Assembly: GCA_021797815.1 (NCBI GenBank)
Contig: JAJZYZ010000007.1
Coordinates: 3,118-67,117 of the forward strand
Length of the DNA stretch: 64,000 bases
Source: Bacillota bacterium
GTDB taxonomy: Bacteria; Bacillota; Sulfobacillia; Sulfobacillales; JAIMBI01
Reading direction: 5' to 3'
The translations under genes were made by a program, and so were the position numbers. Below are positions 18,625-28,139 of this stretch, piece by piece. Position 1 is the stretch's first letter; each line of letters opens with the position of its first letter. Below the pieces are notes generated by a model. It searched no databases. It had not been told where the DNA came from and saw only the letters and a list, made by a program, of their open reading frames with translations.

Positions 18625-19346
18625 CTCGTCCCTGGGCCATCGTCTGGTCAGCGGTCTGGCGTGGGCGACACGGGAGGACCGTATCCGCCATCGGCGTTCT
18701 GACGGCTGCCGTAGTGGGTTGGAGTGCCCTTCACCATCCGCCGGCCCTGATCCTCTTCGGCGGCCCTTACAGGCAAGGGGCCGACGTTCAAGGGCGCCTG
18801 GGAACTCCGTGGCTATGGCTATTCGAATATACGTTGTTCGTATGGACGGTGGGTCAGATTGTAACCAGTGTCGGTGCACGGGACGTCGTGGCCCTTCAGC
18901 GGATACGCGGCATTGCTCCGGGTCGGTGGGCCATGGCCCAGCTCATGGCGAGTGGATTGCTCGCGGTCGCCTGGGTGATCGGGCTGACGGTCGCCGCCAC
19001 GGCTCTAGCCGCCCTGCGCGGGGGGGATATCAGCATCCCGTGGTTCGACCTGGCATTGTTCGCCGCTGGGTTGTGGGCGACAGCGGGGCCACTGGTAGCG
19101 AGCCAGCGGTTCCTTGGCGATGCCCGAACGGGACTTTTGCTTGCGGGCCTTCTTATCATTGGCGCGACGTCTGGCCCACCACTCATGTACTGGACACCGT
19201 TTGCATACGCGATGACGGGCATGGGGGCCCATGCAACTTGGGGCGTATGCATCGTGGTCCTAACGGGGTGGACGACAGTGTGGGGATTGCTCTTGTCGCA
19301 AGTGGCTCCTGGAACTGTTTGGGTTACCTTCACGAGCGAGCGATGA
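18621..19346 (+). CDS. Polytopic membrane protein (third permease-like component)
   Basis: The ATG at 18621 overlaps the preceding TGA as ATGA. 241 aa with about 6 hydrophobic helices. Confidence 0.6.
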   Translation: MTRPWAIVWSAVWRGRHGRTVSAIGVLTAAVVGWSALHHPPALILFGGPYRQGADVQGRLGTPWLWLFEYTLFVWTVGQIVTSVGARDVVALQRIRGIAPGRWAMAQLMASGLLAVAWVIGLTVAATALAALRGGDISIPWFDLALFAAGLWATAGPLVASQRFLGDARTGLLLAGLLIIGATSGPPLMYWTPFAYAMTGMGAHATWGVCIVVLTGWTTVWGLLLSQVAPGTVWVTFTSER

Positions 19347-19942
19347 TCCCGTCATCCGAAGGCGGCCACAATTCCCAATACAGTCGCTCGGGCCAACGGC
19401 GAGGACTTCCAAACTACTCGGCGATATAAGAAATGCCTCCCGCACCGCGAGGCTCAGGGGGTGGAATTTGGTGACCGTCGACAAGGTGTACGCAGCGGCC
19501 GATGCCCGACTCATCCCGCATCCTGCCGATGTAGCCGAGCGTTCTTGTAGGAGCAGGAACCCCGGCACCGAAAGTTCCCAAGGTGGCGTTAGGGCAACTC
19601 ATGGTGACTCGGCCCCGCGGTCCCCTTCGTTGACCTTACTGAACTCGGGAAATCCCTGAACGGATCCGACCCCGTCCCACGCCTGTCCCAGAGACTTCCT
19701 CCCCGGCCACGCCTTTCGGTCCGACCCCCACGCACCCGGGACATCGACGCCGGCACGGCAACAAGGTCAGGACCGCTCGGAATCGGCCCAAAAGACAGTA
19801 TTGTCACGTTGCTCGTCATTCGCCGGAGGGTCATTCCACCGGAGCAGGGAGACCCCGGCAAGGAGTCCTTCTACCCCGGTTCCCCCTGCCGTGGCCGGAG
19901 ACACCAGGCGCAGGGAAGGCCGGGGACGCGTGGTTTCGAGAC

Positions 19943-20824
19943 TCAGGCGGCAGCGAGCTTGCGAAGGGGTTCCCGGAGCCGCAGGGTCTGGCTCAAACCA
20001 AGGTCGATGAGCGTCGGGATCAGGTGGAAATCGCTCAGCGACATCCCGGTCACCGGGATCGGGATCTCCACCCGCGGGGTGCCGAACCGTTCCGCCACGA
20101 GGTGCCGGCGTACCCACGCTGAGTCGTTCAGGAGAATATTCAGGCTGGAGCCGGCGGTGCTGATGATGTGCGGTGCGGCGAACTGGTCCAGCTTAGTTCC
20201 TCGGTCTTCGATGTAGACGCCGATGATCCGGGTTGCTCCGGCCAGCACGGCGACGTCAAGGGGGTAGTCGTCGAGAACACCGCCGTCTACCAGCCAGTGG
20301 TCCTTCAACCGCACCGGGCGAAACAGACCGGGGACGGCCGTGCTGGCCGCCATAGCCGTCATGATGGGGACGTCTTCCGGCCACGGCAGGAGCTTCAACG
20401 CATCTTCTGAAAGGGGGTCGACCTCTAGAGGCGGCCCGAAGACAATCACGCGGCGCGCTGTCAGGGATGTGGCCGTGATGTAGCAGGGGATCGGAGCCTC
20501 GCGCACGCTCATCGAGCCCACCAAATCTTCGGCTTTTTTCAGCAGGGGCGCCGGATTCAAGAGCCGGTCCGGCAGGTGCCGCCGACGGATGATGGCCGCC
20601 AGGATCGACCGCCAGTCGAGCGGCACGTCCCGCGCCGTAAGCGCCCGGGTGAGCCTCACCAACGTGTCCACTGGCTGGCCCGCGGCATATACCCCACCCA
20701 CAAGCGACCCGGACGATGTGCCCACCACGATGTCGGGCACGATGTTTAACTCCTCCAGGGCCGCCAGCACGCCGACATGCGCCGCTCCATAGATTCCGCC
20801 GCCCGACAGCACCAGCGCCAGCAC
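19943..20824 (-). CDS. Patatin-like phospholipase
   Basis: The oxyanion hole is LSGGGIYG, the nucleophile motif is GTSSG and the catalytic Asp motif is VDGGV. The GTG at 20824 is preceded by GGGGAGAA. The long N-terminal extension to 21064 is spurious. Confidence 0.85.
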   Translation of the reverse strand: MLALVLSGGGIYGAAHVGVLAALEELNIVPDIVVGTSSGSLVGGVYAAGQPVDTLVRLTRALTARDVPLDWRSILAAIIRRRHLPDRLLNPAPLLKKAEDLVGSMSVREAPIPCYITATSLTARRVIVFGPPLEVDPLSEDALKLLPWPEDVPIMTAMAASTAVPGLFRPVRLKDHWLVDGGVLDDYPLDVAVLAGATRIIGVYIEDRGTKLDQFAAPHIISTAGSSLNILLNDSAWVRRHLVAERFGTPRVEIPIPVTGMSLSDFHLIPTLIDLGLSQTLRLREPLRKLAAA

Positions 20825-20826
20825 CT

Positions 20827-21159
20827 TTACTTCTCCCCGCGGGCGAGCCACGGCTCTAGGCGATGCTCCAGCATGGAATTGGCGACCACCTGCGCCCCGG
20901 CCTGACGGGCGCCCAGGAAGCGTTCGCGGTCGACGTGCGGGCCGAACCCCAGAACCCGGGCGTCCGAGGTTTTGAGAGCCGCGAGGGCGTCGGTGTTCGC
21001 CTCCGCCAGGTTGACCACGACGTGCGTGGGCTTTTCGCGTACCAGCGCCTCGCCGGCAGAGCACGGCGAGGCCACCGCATACGGGGCCTCAAGACGCTTC
21101 AGGTGGGCTTCAATGCGACTTCGAAAGAGAAGATCGTCCACCAGAACCAGAACCTTCAC
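20827..21159 (-). CDS. CheY-like pseudo-receiver domain protein
   Basis: The GTG at 21159 follows AAGGAGGAGG. VKVLVLVDD is a receiver beta1 strand, but the phospho-acceptor position reads HVVVNLAE (Asn) and there is no K-P motif. Confidence 0.5.
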   Translation of the reverse strand: MKVLVLVDDLLFRSRIEAHLKRLEAPYAVASPCSAGEALVREKPTHVVVNLAEANTDALAALKTSDARVLGFGPHVDRERFLGARQAGAQVVANSMLEHRLEPWLARGEK

Positions 21160-21874
21160 GTAGGCCTCCTCCTTGCCCCCGAGCCGTCGACGATACGGCG
21201 TCCTCGCGTCCCGGACACCAGCGGGCGACGGCACACCGACCACACGCCGGCCGGCGCGCGTGGCAGACCTGCCGCCCGTGCAGGATGAGCCAGTGGTGGG
21301 CGCGCGACCACTCCCGGCGGGGAATCAGGCGGGTCAGGTCGGCCTCCGTCCGGTCAGCGTCGCGGGCCGCGCTCCAGCCAAGGCGATGCGCCACCCTAAA
21401 GACATGGGTGTCGACCGCCAGCGCGTCCGCGCCGAACGCATTGGACAGGACCACGTTTGCCGTCTTGCGCCCGACACCGGGCAGCCTGGTCATTTCCGCG
21501 TGTGTGATGGACGGGGGAACGTCCCCGCCGTACTCCTCCACCACGATCCGAGCCGTTTGGGACAGATAGCGGGCCTTCGATCGAAACAGTCCGCAGTCCC
21601 GTATGAGGCCGGCTATCTCCTCTTCAGACAGGGTGGCGAGACTCCTCGCATCGGGATACCGCTGAAAAAGGCGCTCCGTAATGATATTCACCCGAACGTC
21701 GGTACATTGGGCGGAGAGAATGGTGGCCACCAGAAGCTGCCAAGGCGTCTCGAAGCGGAGCGCCGTGCGCGCGTCCGGATACAGGCCCGCGAGTGCATCC
21801 AGCACCCGTCGCACCCGGTACCGCGACGGGACTTCTTCAGAGGGATTTGACAAAGTCCAGTACCTGCTGCACAT
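21110..21874 (-). CDS. nth: Endonuclease III
   Basis: LLVATILSAQCTDVRVN, the HhH-GPD block LPGVGRKTANVV, VDTHVFRV and the 4Fe-4S cluster loop CHARRPACGRCAVARWC are present. The start is uncertain and the 3' end overlaps the next gene. Confidence 0.9.
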   Translation of the reverse strand: MCSRYWTLSNPSEEVPSRYRVRRVLDALAGLYPDARTALRFETPWQLLVATILSAQCTDVRVNIITERLFQRYPDARSLATLSEEEIAGLIRDCGLFRSKARYLSQTARIVVEEYGGDVPPSITHAEMTRLPGVGRKTANVVLSNAFGADALAVDTHVFRVAHRLGWSAARDADRTEADLTRLIPRREWSRAHHWLILHGRQVCHARRPACGRCAVARWCPGREDAVSSTARGQGGGLREGSGSGGRSSLSKSH

Positions 21875-22316
21875 GCGGCGCCACCTTCACCTTGCGAAAT
21901 TCGGCCCGGACGATGCCGTCCCGGTCGATGATAAAGGTAGATCGCTCGATGCCCATGGAGCGTTTGCCGTAGAGCACTTTCTCCTTGTACACGCCAAACG
22001 CGCGCGCGGCCTCCGCCTCCGGGTCGCTTGCCAGCACGAACGGAAGCTGGTGCTTGGCAACAAACCGGGCGTGACTGGACAGGGAGTCGGTGCTGACCCC
22101 GACGATCGTGGCGCCCAGGCCCTGGAACTCACTCCAGTGATCCCGAAAGTCACAGGCCTCGGTCGTACATCCGGGAGTCATGTCACGTGGATAAAAGTAC
22201 AAAACGAGAGTCCGACCCCGGAAATCCCGAAGCCGCATCACACCCATTTCGGTGGTGAGCGCCACGTCGGGGCAGGGCCTGCCTACTTCCACAAGGTGCT
22301 CGGTTTCCTGCGGCAT
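21837..22316 (-). CDS. bcp: Thiol peroxidase Bcp (peroxiredoxin Q-type)
   Basis: LVLYFYPRDMTPGCTTEACDFRD is present, in a 159-aa protein. Confidence 0.9.
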   Translation of the reverse strand: MPQETEHLVEVGRPCPDVALTTEMGVMRLRDFRGRTLVLYFYPRDMTPGCTTEACDFRDHWSEFQGLGATIVGVSTDSLSSHARFVAKHQLPFVLASDPEAEAARAFGVYKEKVLYGKRSMGIERSTFIIDRDGIVRAEFRKVKVAPHVQQVLDFVKSL

Positions 22317-22466
22317 GCTCTCCTCCTCTCGGGCTCACGTACTCTTGCCGTCTCGATGTCTGCTCCCGCGTCCATTATAGCGTCGGCTCGCCTCGCTCTC
22401 CTGTGGAACCCCTGCGGGATCGTGGGCGTTATAGCCTGGGAATCGCTTCGTGAATGGAGCACTGAC

Positions 22467-22646
22467 ATGCCATCCCCAAAACCATCCGGACCCGGCCCAT
22501 TTTTCTGGCTGGTGCGTGCCGGCTCCTTCGCGGTCGGCGTAGCGGCCCTGGTGGTCCTCCTGCACACCTCGATGATGCTGTGGCTCCGCCTGGGCATCAT
22601 GCTGGTCCTGGCGGTGGCTGTCATCGTTGTCGTATCCAGTTCCTGA
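22467..22646 (+). CDS. Hypothetical small two-helix membrane protein (59 aa)
   Basis: The ATG at 22467 lies 7 nt after GGAG. The sequence is MPSPKPSGPGPFFWLVRAGSFAVGVAALVVLL...LGIMLVLAVAVIVVV. Confidence 0.35.
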   Translation: MPSPKPSGPGPFFWLVRAGSFAVGVAALVVLLHTSMMLWLRLGIMLVLAVAVIVVVSSS

Positions 22647-22649
22647 CCC

Positions 22650-23270
22650 TCAGCGATCGTACGTGAGAAGACCGGAGAGCTCCTTCATCGTCGCGAGCCG
22701 TACAGTGTACGGGATTGTGGACCGCCGGCTCGGATTGGGCGCCACGTAGTCTCGGACACCCGGTATCATGATCGCCTCCTGCACGCCCCACGCCACGACC
22801 CGCCCGCCTGCGATTCCCGCATGGGCCCGGTAAATGTCCTTGCCGAGAAAACAGGCCACCCGGGGCTTCAGCTGGCCGAGCTTCCCACCAAGCCGCTGCG
22901 CCCCGGCCGCCTTCTCCGCGTCCGTGAGATCGGCGGACGACGGCGTCATACGCGAAACGAGGTTCGTGATGCCAATTCCGTACAGCAGGAGCTCCTGGTC
23001 CTCTTCGGCACGAAGGCGGCGCGGCGTGAGCCCCGCCTCATAGAGAAGCGGCCAGAACAGATTCTGCGGACCGGCAAAGTGATGGCCCGCTTCCTCGCTG
23101 GCCCGGCCCGGATTGTAGCCGACAAAGATCACTTGGAGCCCTTCAGCCAGGACGTCCGGGACCAACCAATACCTCCTCTCGCCGGGCTTCGTCGGCACGG
23201 TCGAAAGCCCCTCCCGTTCACGTCGCGTCGAGCCCCGTACGCGCTTTCGATAGGAACCCAAGGGATTCAC
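22650..23270 (-). CDS. Mismatch-specific uracil/thymine DNA glycosylase (UDG family 2, Mug-like)
   Basis: VIFVGYNPGRASEEAGHHFAGPQNLFWPLL and GIGITNLVSR match Mug/TDG motifs. Confidence 0.8.
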   Translation of the reverse strand: MNPLGSYRKRVRGSTRREREGLSTVPTKPGERRYWLVPDVLAEGLQVIFVGYNPGRASEEAGHHFAGPQNLFWPLLYEAGLTPRRLRAEEDQELLLYGIGITNLVSRMTPSSADLTDAEKAAGAQRLGGKLGQLKPRVACFLGKDIYRAHAGIAGGRVVAWGVQEAIMIPGVRDYVAPNPSRRSTIPYTVRLATMKELSGLLTYDR

Positions 23271-23761
23271 GGCCTCTGATCGCCGAGGACACCCTGCTCT
23301 TCCTCGGGATCGGGCTCGGGCAGCCGCCGCATGGGCGCCCTTCCCTCAATGCGTCCCGCCCGTCCGTTACGGAGCGAAACAGGATTCAAAGTGCCCGAAG
23401 ACGCCTTCGTCGGGTGTCTTCCTGCCGACGTTCGCCGCGTGGCGATCGAGCTGAGCTTCCGCGAAGTCGCGGCGTAAGAACGGCAGATCCGAAACGGCCT
23501 CGTTATCTGACGAAGGGCCAGGGAGGCGCCCGGGTCGGAAGTCGCCAGACCTGTGTGAGCGCTGGGGGGTCGGTGACCGGGACAACGCGGAGAGTACGAG
23601 GCGCAAACACCCGGACGAAGCCGCAACCCGGAGGCCTATCTGGCATCGAGCGGGCCGGTCAGGACTAGGTGCGCCATGACCGTCGCCCTATCTGTCCCTG
23701 GCCGCCCGCCGCTTTCAGGAACCGGCGGGCGCCGTGAGCAGGTGTCTCAGGTTCCTCGGGG

Positions 23762-24559
23762 TTACGACTGCACTGGCGGCGAGCTTTGATAGAGAGCGGC
23801 CGGCAGCACGGCGATAAAGCCACTCATAACCCACAGGCCGAGCAAGAGAAAGATGGCGCCGAAAAACGGGATCCGGGCAAGGGTCAAGAGCACGAAGAAC
23901 CCCACCGCGAAGACGCCGATGAGAAGCAGGCCAAAGAGAATGCAAAAGCCGATGCGGCCCGAAGCCCAGCGAAGCGCGAAGACCACCGCCTGCCCCGCAG
24001 CCAGGTCATTGGCCATAATCGCGCCAAGCCCCATCAGGGCGAGGGTGACGGCAAACAGCACGGCGACCATCCATGGGATGAGGAGAAGGCTTCCCGCCGC
24101 CCCCAGGGCCGAGGACGCGACGGCCAGCCCCACAAGCAGGAGAAGGAGCACGACCGCCATTGCGATACCGGCCAGAGTGGCGGCGAACCCGCGCCAGAAC
24201 ATCGTCCAGCCGACCCGGAAAAAGACGAGCCACTGCCCCACCGTGGGCCGCTTGCCGAGAACCTGGAAGGCGCCCCCGTAGAGACCCGCGAGGCGGTATG
24301 GCGTCACGATGAGAAGCACCGTCGCAAAGAAGAGACCAAGCTTCAGCGCCCCGCCGGGCGGAAACTTCAGATGCGCCAGACGGGCCGAGGTCAAGAGGGA
24401 CGGGTGCGTCAACACCGCCGGCAAGTCGGCCGCGAGCCGCGTCTGCAGCACCAGTTCGGTTAAGAGCGAGAGCATGAGACTCCAGAACACGAGGTTGAAG
24501 ACGCCGGGGTTCTTCCACAAAAGTTGCCAGGCACGACCCACGAGGCCCGTTGCACTCAT
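23762..24559 (-). CDS. Hypothetical polytopic membrane protein
   Basis: 265 aa with about 6 hydrophobic helices. I do not recognise a family. Confidence 0.65.
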   Translation of the reverse strand: MSATGLVGRAWQLLWKNPGVFNLVFWSLMLSLLTELVLQTRLAADLPAVLTHPSLLTSARLAHLKFPPGGALKLGLFFATVLLIVTPYRLAGLYGGAFQVLGKRPTVGQWLVFFRVGWTMFWRGFAATLAGIAMAVVLLLLLVGLAVASSALGAAGSLLLIPWMVAVLFAVTLALMGLGAIMANDLAAGQAVVFALRWASGRIGFCILFGLLLIGVFAVGFFVLLTLARIPFFGAIFLLLGLWVMSGFIAVLPAALYQSSPPVQS

Positions 24560-25269
24560 CGCGTCGTTCGTTCCTCCGTTCGCGGGACCGAGGCCCGGGG
24601 ACGACTTGCCGCCCCATCCCGGAACAGCTTACCAGATACCGATTATCTTCCGAGATCCCCCTGTGGGCACGGCTGCCGGCCCCGAACCACCAAAGGCGGC
24701 CCCTTCTCTTGACCGCATCAGCCCGAGTGGAACGGTATGCCAGGCCATGTTCTCCTGGGTGAGCGCGAGACTGATGCCTCGCCTTTCGGCCAGGGGGGGC
24801 CCATGCGGTTCCAACAAACACGCCATCCGCGGAGCGGGTCGACAACGTTCCCGCCGACGGTATCGAGGGCTGTCAACAGCCCGACGCATCAGCCCGATGG
24901 GATACGGGAACGGCCGGCCTTGAGCCTACCCACCCCCGGAAAGAACCATGCCGGGTGCGCTCCAAACGAGCTCCGACGGATTGACGGGGGTGACCTACGG
25001 CGGCGCCCATGCATGGACAGGGTCTTTCGGGCCAGCTCCACCCGCCGCGATAGCGGGCGGACCAGATTCGGCGCGAGGTCGAACGGGGAGTGCGCGCGCC
25101 GGGCCCTGGCTCCGACTCGCATGAAGCAGCCGGATCTGGGGTCGCCGGGTGGTTTTCGACCGGCGCCAGGGTATCCCGGCGATTCGCGAGCGCCCCTCAG
25201 AGACGGTGCCGAGCGGTGGCACCCCATTGGTGGCTCTCCTCAACCCATCTGGGCGTGCCTCGACGGGGG

Positions 25270-27000
25270 TCACGCATCCTGTTCGGTGGATAGCGGCCCT
25301 GCCCGGTCGACGCCGCGCTCGCGCGCCACCCGGATGGCTTTTTCGTAGCCCGCGTCCGCGTGCCGCACGACACCCATGCCCGGGTCGGTCGTGAGGACCA
25401 GTCGGAGACGCTCGGCCGCCAGTTCAGTTCCATCTGCGACGACGACCATCCCGGCATGAAGGGAGTAGCCTATCCCGACGCCGCCGCCGTGATGCACCGA
25501 GACCCAGCTCGCACCAGCGGCGGTATTGACGAGCGCATTTAAGATGGGCCAGTCGGCCACGGCGTCGCTTCCGTCCCGCATGCCCTCCGTCTCGCGATAG
25601 GGGGAGGCGACAGACCCCGCGTCGAGGTGGTCGCGGCCAATCACGATGGGGGCGCGGAGCTCGCCCCGACGCACCATCTCGTTGATGGCAAGCCCAAACC
25701 GGGCCCGCTCCCCGTAGCCAAGCCAGCAGATGCGGGCAGGCAGACCTTGAAACGGCACGCGGGCTTCGGCCATCTCGATCCAACGCCTGAGCTTGTGGTC
25801 CTCGGGGAAAAGCTCCAGGACCTTCCGGTCCGTCGCCAGAATGTCGTTCGGGTCACCGGACAGCGCAACCCACCGAAACGGTCCGCGCCCCTCCTCAAAC
25901 TGAGGGCGGATAAAGGCGGGGACGAAACCGGGATAGCTGAACGCATCGGTGGCCCCGGCTTCAGAGGCAAACTGCCGGAGATTGTTTCCGTAGTCGAAAA
26001 CGACGGCGCCTTCCCGCCCGAAAGCCAGCATCGCCTCCACCTGGCGTGCCATGGCGGCTTTCGACTCCTGCACGTAGGCATCCGGCTCGTCGCGTCGGAG
26101 ACGCTCCACCTCTTCCAGAGCTAGTCCCGGAACCACGTATCCGAAGAGGGGATCGTGCGACGACGTCTGGTCAGTGACCACATCCGGCCGGAGTCCGAGG
26201 CGCAGCATTTCAGGATGGGTACGGGCCGCATTGCCCAAAAGACCGATGGAGACGGCCTCGCCCGCCTCGCGCGCTGACTCGGCGCGGGTGATGGCGGTAT
26301 GAATGTCAGGCGCGGTCTCGTCCAGATAACCGTTCGCGAGGCGGCGGGCGATGCGGTCAGGATCGGCCTCCACCACGATGGCCACGCCGCCGTTCATCGT
26401 CACGGCCAGCGGCTGGGCGCCACCCATGCCGCCAAGCCCGGCTGTCAGGACCAGACGATGCTGCAGGCTTCCTCCGAAGTGCTGTTCGGCCAGGGCGGCC
26501 AGGGTCTCAAAGGTGCCCTGGAGAATTCCCTGGGTCCCGATGTAGACCCAGGATCCGGCCGTCATCTGTCCGTACATGGTGAGGCCGGCCGCCTCCAATT
26601 CCCAGAACTTCTCCCAGGTCGCCCAGGCGGGAACCAATAAAGAATTCGCGATGAGAACCCGGGGCGCGCGCTCGTGGGTCTCGAACACGGCGACCGGTTT
26701 CCCACTCTGGACCAGCAGCGTCTCGTTGTCCCCAAGCCGCAAGAGTGTCTCGACGATGTCCCAAAAGGCGTCCCAGTTGCGCGCCGCCTTGCCGCGGCCG
26801 CCGTATACCACCAGGTCTTGAGGACGCTCCGCGACATCCGGATCGAGATTGTTGAGCAACATCCGGAGGGCCGCTTCCTGGGCCCATCCTCGACAGACCA
26901 GTTCGGTGCCATGAAGACCTGCCGGGGCGCGATGGGGCCGGGCCGCGAGCGCAGAGCGAAACGCTGCTTGACGCTCACGGGGACTTGATGCCTGATCCAT
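25270..27000 (-). CDS. hutU: Urocanate hydratase
   Basis: [53 protein letters not shown] and [12 protein letters not shown] are diagnostic. The probable start is the Met at 27000. Confidence 0.95.
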   Translation of the reverse strand: MDQASSPRERQAAFRSALAARPHRAPAGLHGTELVCRGWAQEAALRMLLNNLDPDVAERPQDLVVYGGRGKAARNWDAFWDIVETLLRLGDNETLLVQSGKPVAVFETHERAPRVLIANSLLVPAWATWEKFWELEAAGLTMYGQMTAGSWVYIGTQGILQGTFETLAALAEQHFGGSLQHRLVLTAGLGGMGGAQPLAVTMNGGVAIVVEADPDRIARRLANGYLDETAPDIHTAITRAESAREAGEAVSIGLLGNAARTHPEMLRLGLRPDVVTDQTSSHDPLFGYVVPGLALEEVERLRRDEPDAYVQESKAAMARQVEAMLAFGREGAVVFDYGNNLRQFASEAGATDAFSYPGFVPAFIRPQFEEGRGPFRWVALSGDPNDILATDRKVLELFPEDHKLRRWIEMAEARVPFQGLPARICWLGYGERARFGLAINEMVRRGELRAPIVIGRDHLDAGSVASPYRETEGMRDGSDAVADWPILNALVNTAAGASWVSVHHGGGVGIGYSLHAGMVVVADGTELAAERLRLVLTTDPGMGVVRHADAGYEKAIRVARERGVDRAGPLSTEQDA

Positions 27001-27107
27001 GAGTAGGGCTCCTACACGCGATTTGCGCAAAGTTAATAGAACCGAATCGCGTCGTCTCATCTTATATCACGGCGGCATTCGGAGCTATTCACGGGGGTTG
27101 AAGGAAC

Positions 27108-28139
27108 TTGAACGAGGCACGGCCGGTGGACCTGTTCGCGGTCCAGCCATATATGACGCTCGCCGACTACGCGAGCGAGGACGCGTTCTCCCACCACATG
27201 GCGCGCCTCCTCCACGATATGGAAAGCCTCCGGCATGCAGAGGAGGCAGTGGTAGTCCTGCCCGAGGATCTGGCCACCTTTCTCGCCCTTTTGGGCGCGC
27301 CGCCGGAGGTGAGGGAGCAGCCGACCCTCGATGCGGCATTTGCCGTCATCGGCCGCGCCCGCATGGCCCCCCTTGTCCGGGTGATGCTGGCGCGCCGGAC
27401 TTTCCGGCTGCCGGTAGCGTTCTTTTATCTGGTGGCCGAACACGTATACGGCGCCTGGTACCGGACGATGCAGGAGCTTTCGCGCGAGCATCGGGTCACG
27501 CTGGTGGCCGGATCGGCGCTTCTTCCGGTAAACCGTCTCGGATATGGCGATGATCGGTTCGAGGCCCGTGCCGGTGGTGTCTACAATTCCTGCCTCACGT
27601 TCGGCCCCGAGGGGCAGGTCCTGTCTGTCACCCACAAGAGGAACCTGGTGCCGACGCAGGAGGATCGCCTCTACCTGTCACGAGGACCCGAACTTCCTCC
27701 GTCTCCGATTCCGGTGGGAGTCCATCGCCTCGGCGTCGCCATCTGCTACGATGCCTTCGCCCGAGCACACACAGAGCATGAACCCGGATTCGAGCCCCTG
27801 GTGCCCAAATTGGCGGCCCTTGGCGCCGACATCATTGCCCAGCCTTCGGCCAACCCATGGCCGTGGTCCGCTCCCTATATATTCCGGCAACGGGACGACC
27901 ACCGATCGCGAAGCGAGCAGTGGCACCAGGAAGGCCTATGGGAGTCCATGCGCCGCGAGCCCTCAATCCGAGCCGGCATCAACCCCCAGCTCCTTGCCCT
28001 CCTGTTTGACACGCACTTCGACGGACAGAGCGTCATCTATGTCCGCGACGGTGACACCGTGCGGCCAGTTGTCGAGGCGGCACGGGGAGAGGCGAGCCCG
28101 GACGCGGAAACCGTGATCGGATGGTCATTGCCGGCTTAA
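27108..28139 (+). CDS. Carbon-nitrogen hydrolase (nitrilase-superfamily) protein
   Basis: The Glu-Lys-Cys triad context is VVVLPEDL, THKRNLVP and VAICYDAF. The start is TTG after GAAGGAA. Confidence 0.8.
   Translation: MNEARPVDLFAVQPYMTLADYASEDAFSHHMARLLHDMESLRHAEEAVVVLPEDLATFLALLGAPPEVREQPTLDAAFAVIGRARMAPLVRVMLARRTFRLPVAFFYLVAEHVYGAWYRTMQELSREHRVTLVAGSALLPVNRLGYGDDRFEARAGGVYNSCLTFGPEGQVLSVTHKRNLVPTQEDRLYLSRGPELPPSPIPVGVHRLGVAICYDAFARAHTEHEPGFEPLVPKLAALGADIIAQPSANPWPWSAPYIFRQRDDHRSRSEQWHQEGLWESMRREPSIRAGINPQLLALLFDTHFDGQSVIYVRDGDTVRPVVEAARGEASPDAETVIGWSLPA

Noticed and set aside
23267-23626. Short ORFs in the 490-bp gap between the Mug-like and membrane-protein genes (23267-23626 -, 23367-23606 -, 23349-23474 +)
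   Set aside because: Codon-position G+C is compatible with both strands, there is no SD and I recognise no motif. The region is left unannotated.
24978-24990. GGATTGACGGGGG, resembling the tmRNA 5' GGATTCGACGGGG block
   Set aside because: There is no GGGG acceptor start, no tRNA-like 3' end (..TCCACCA) and no tag ORF nearby.
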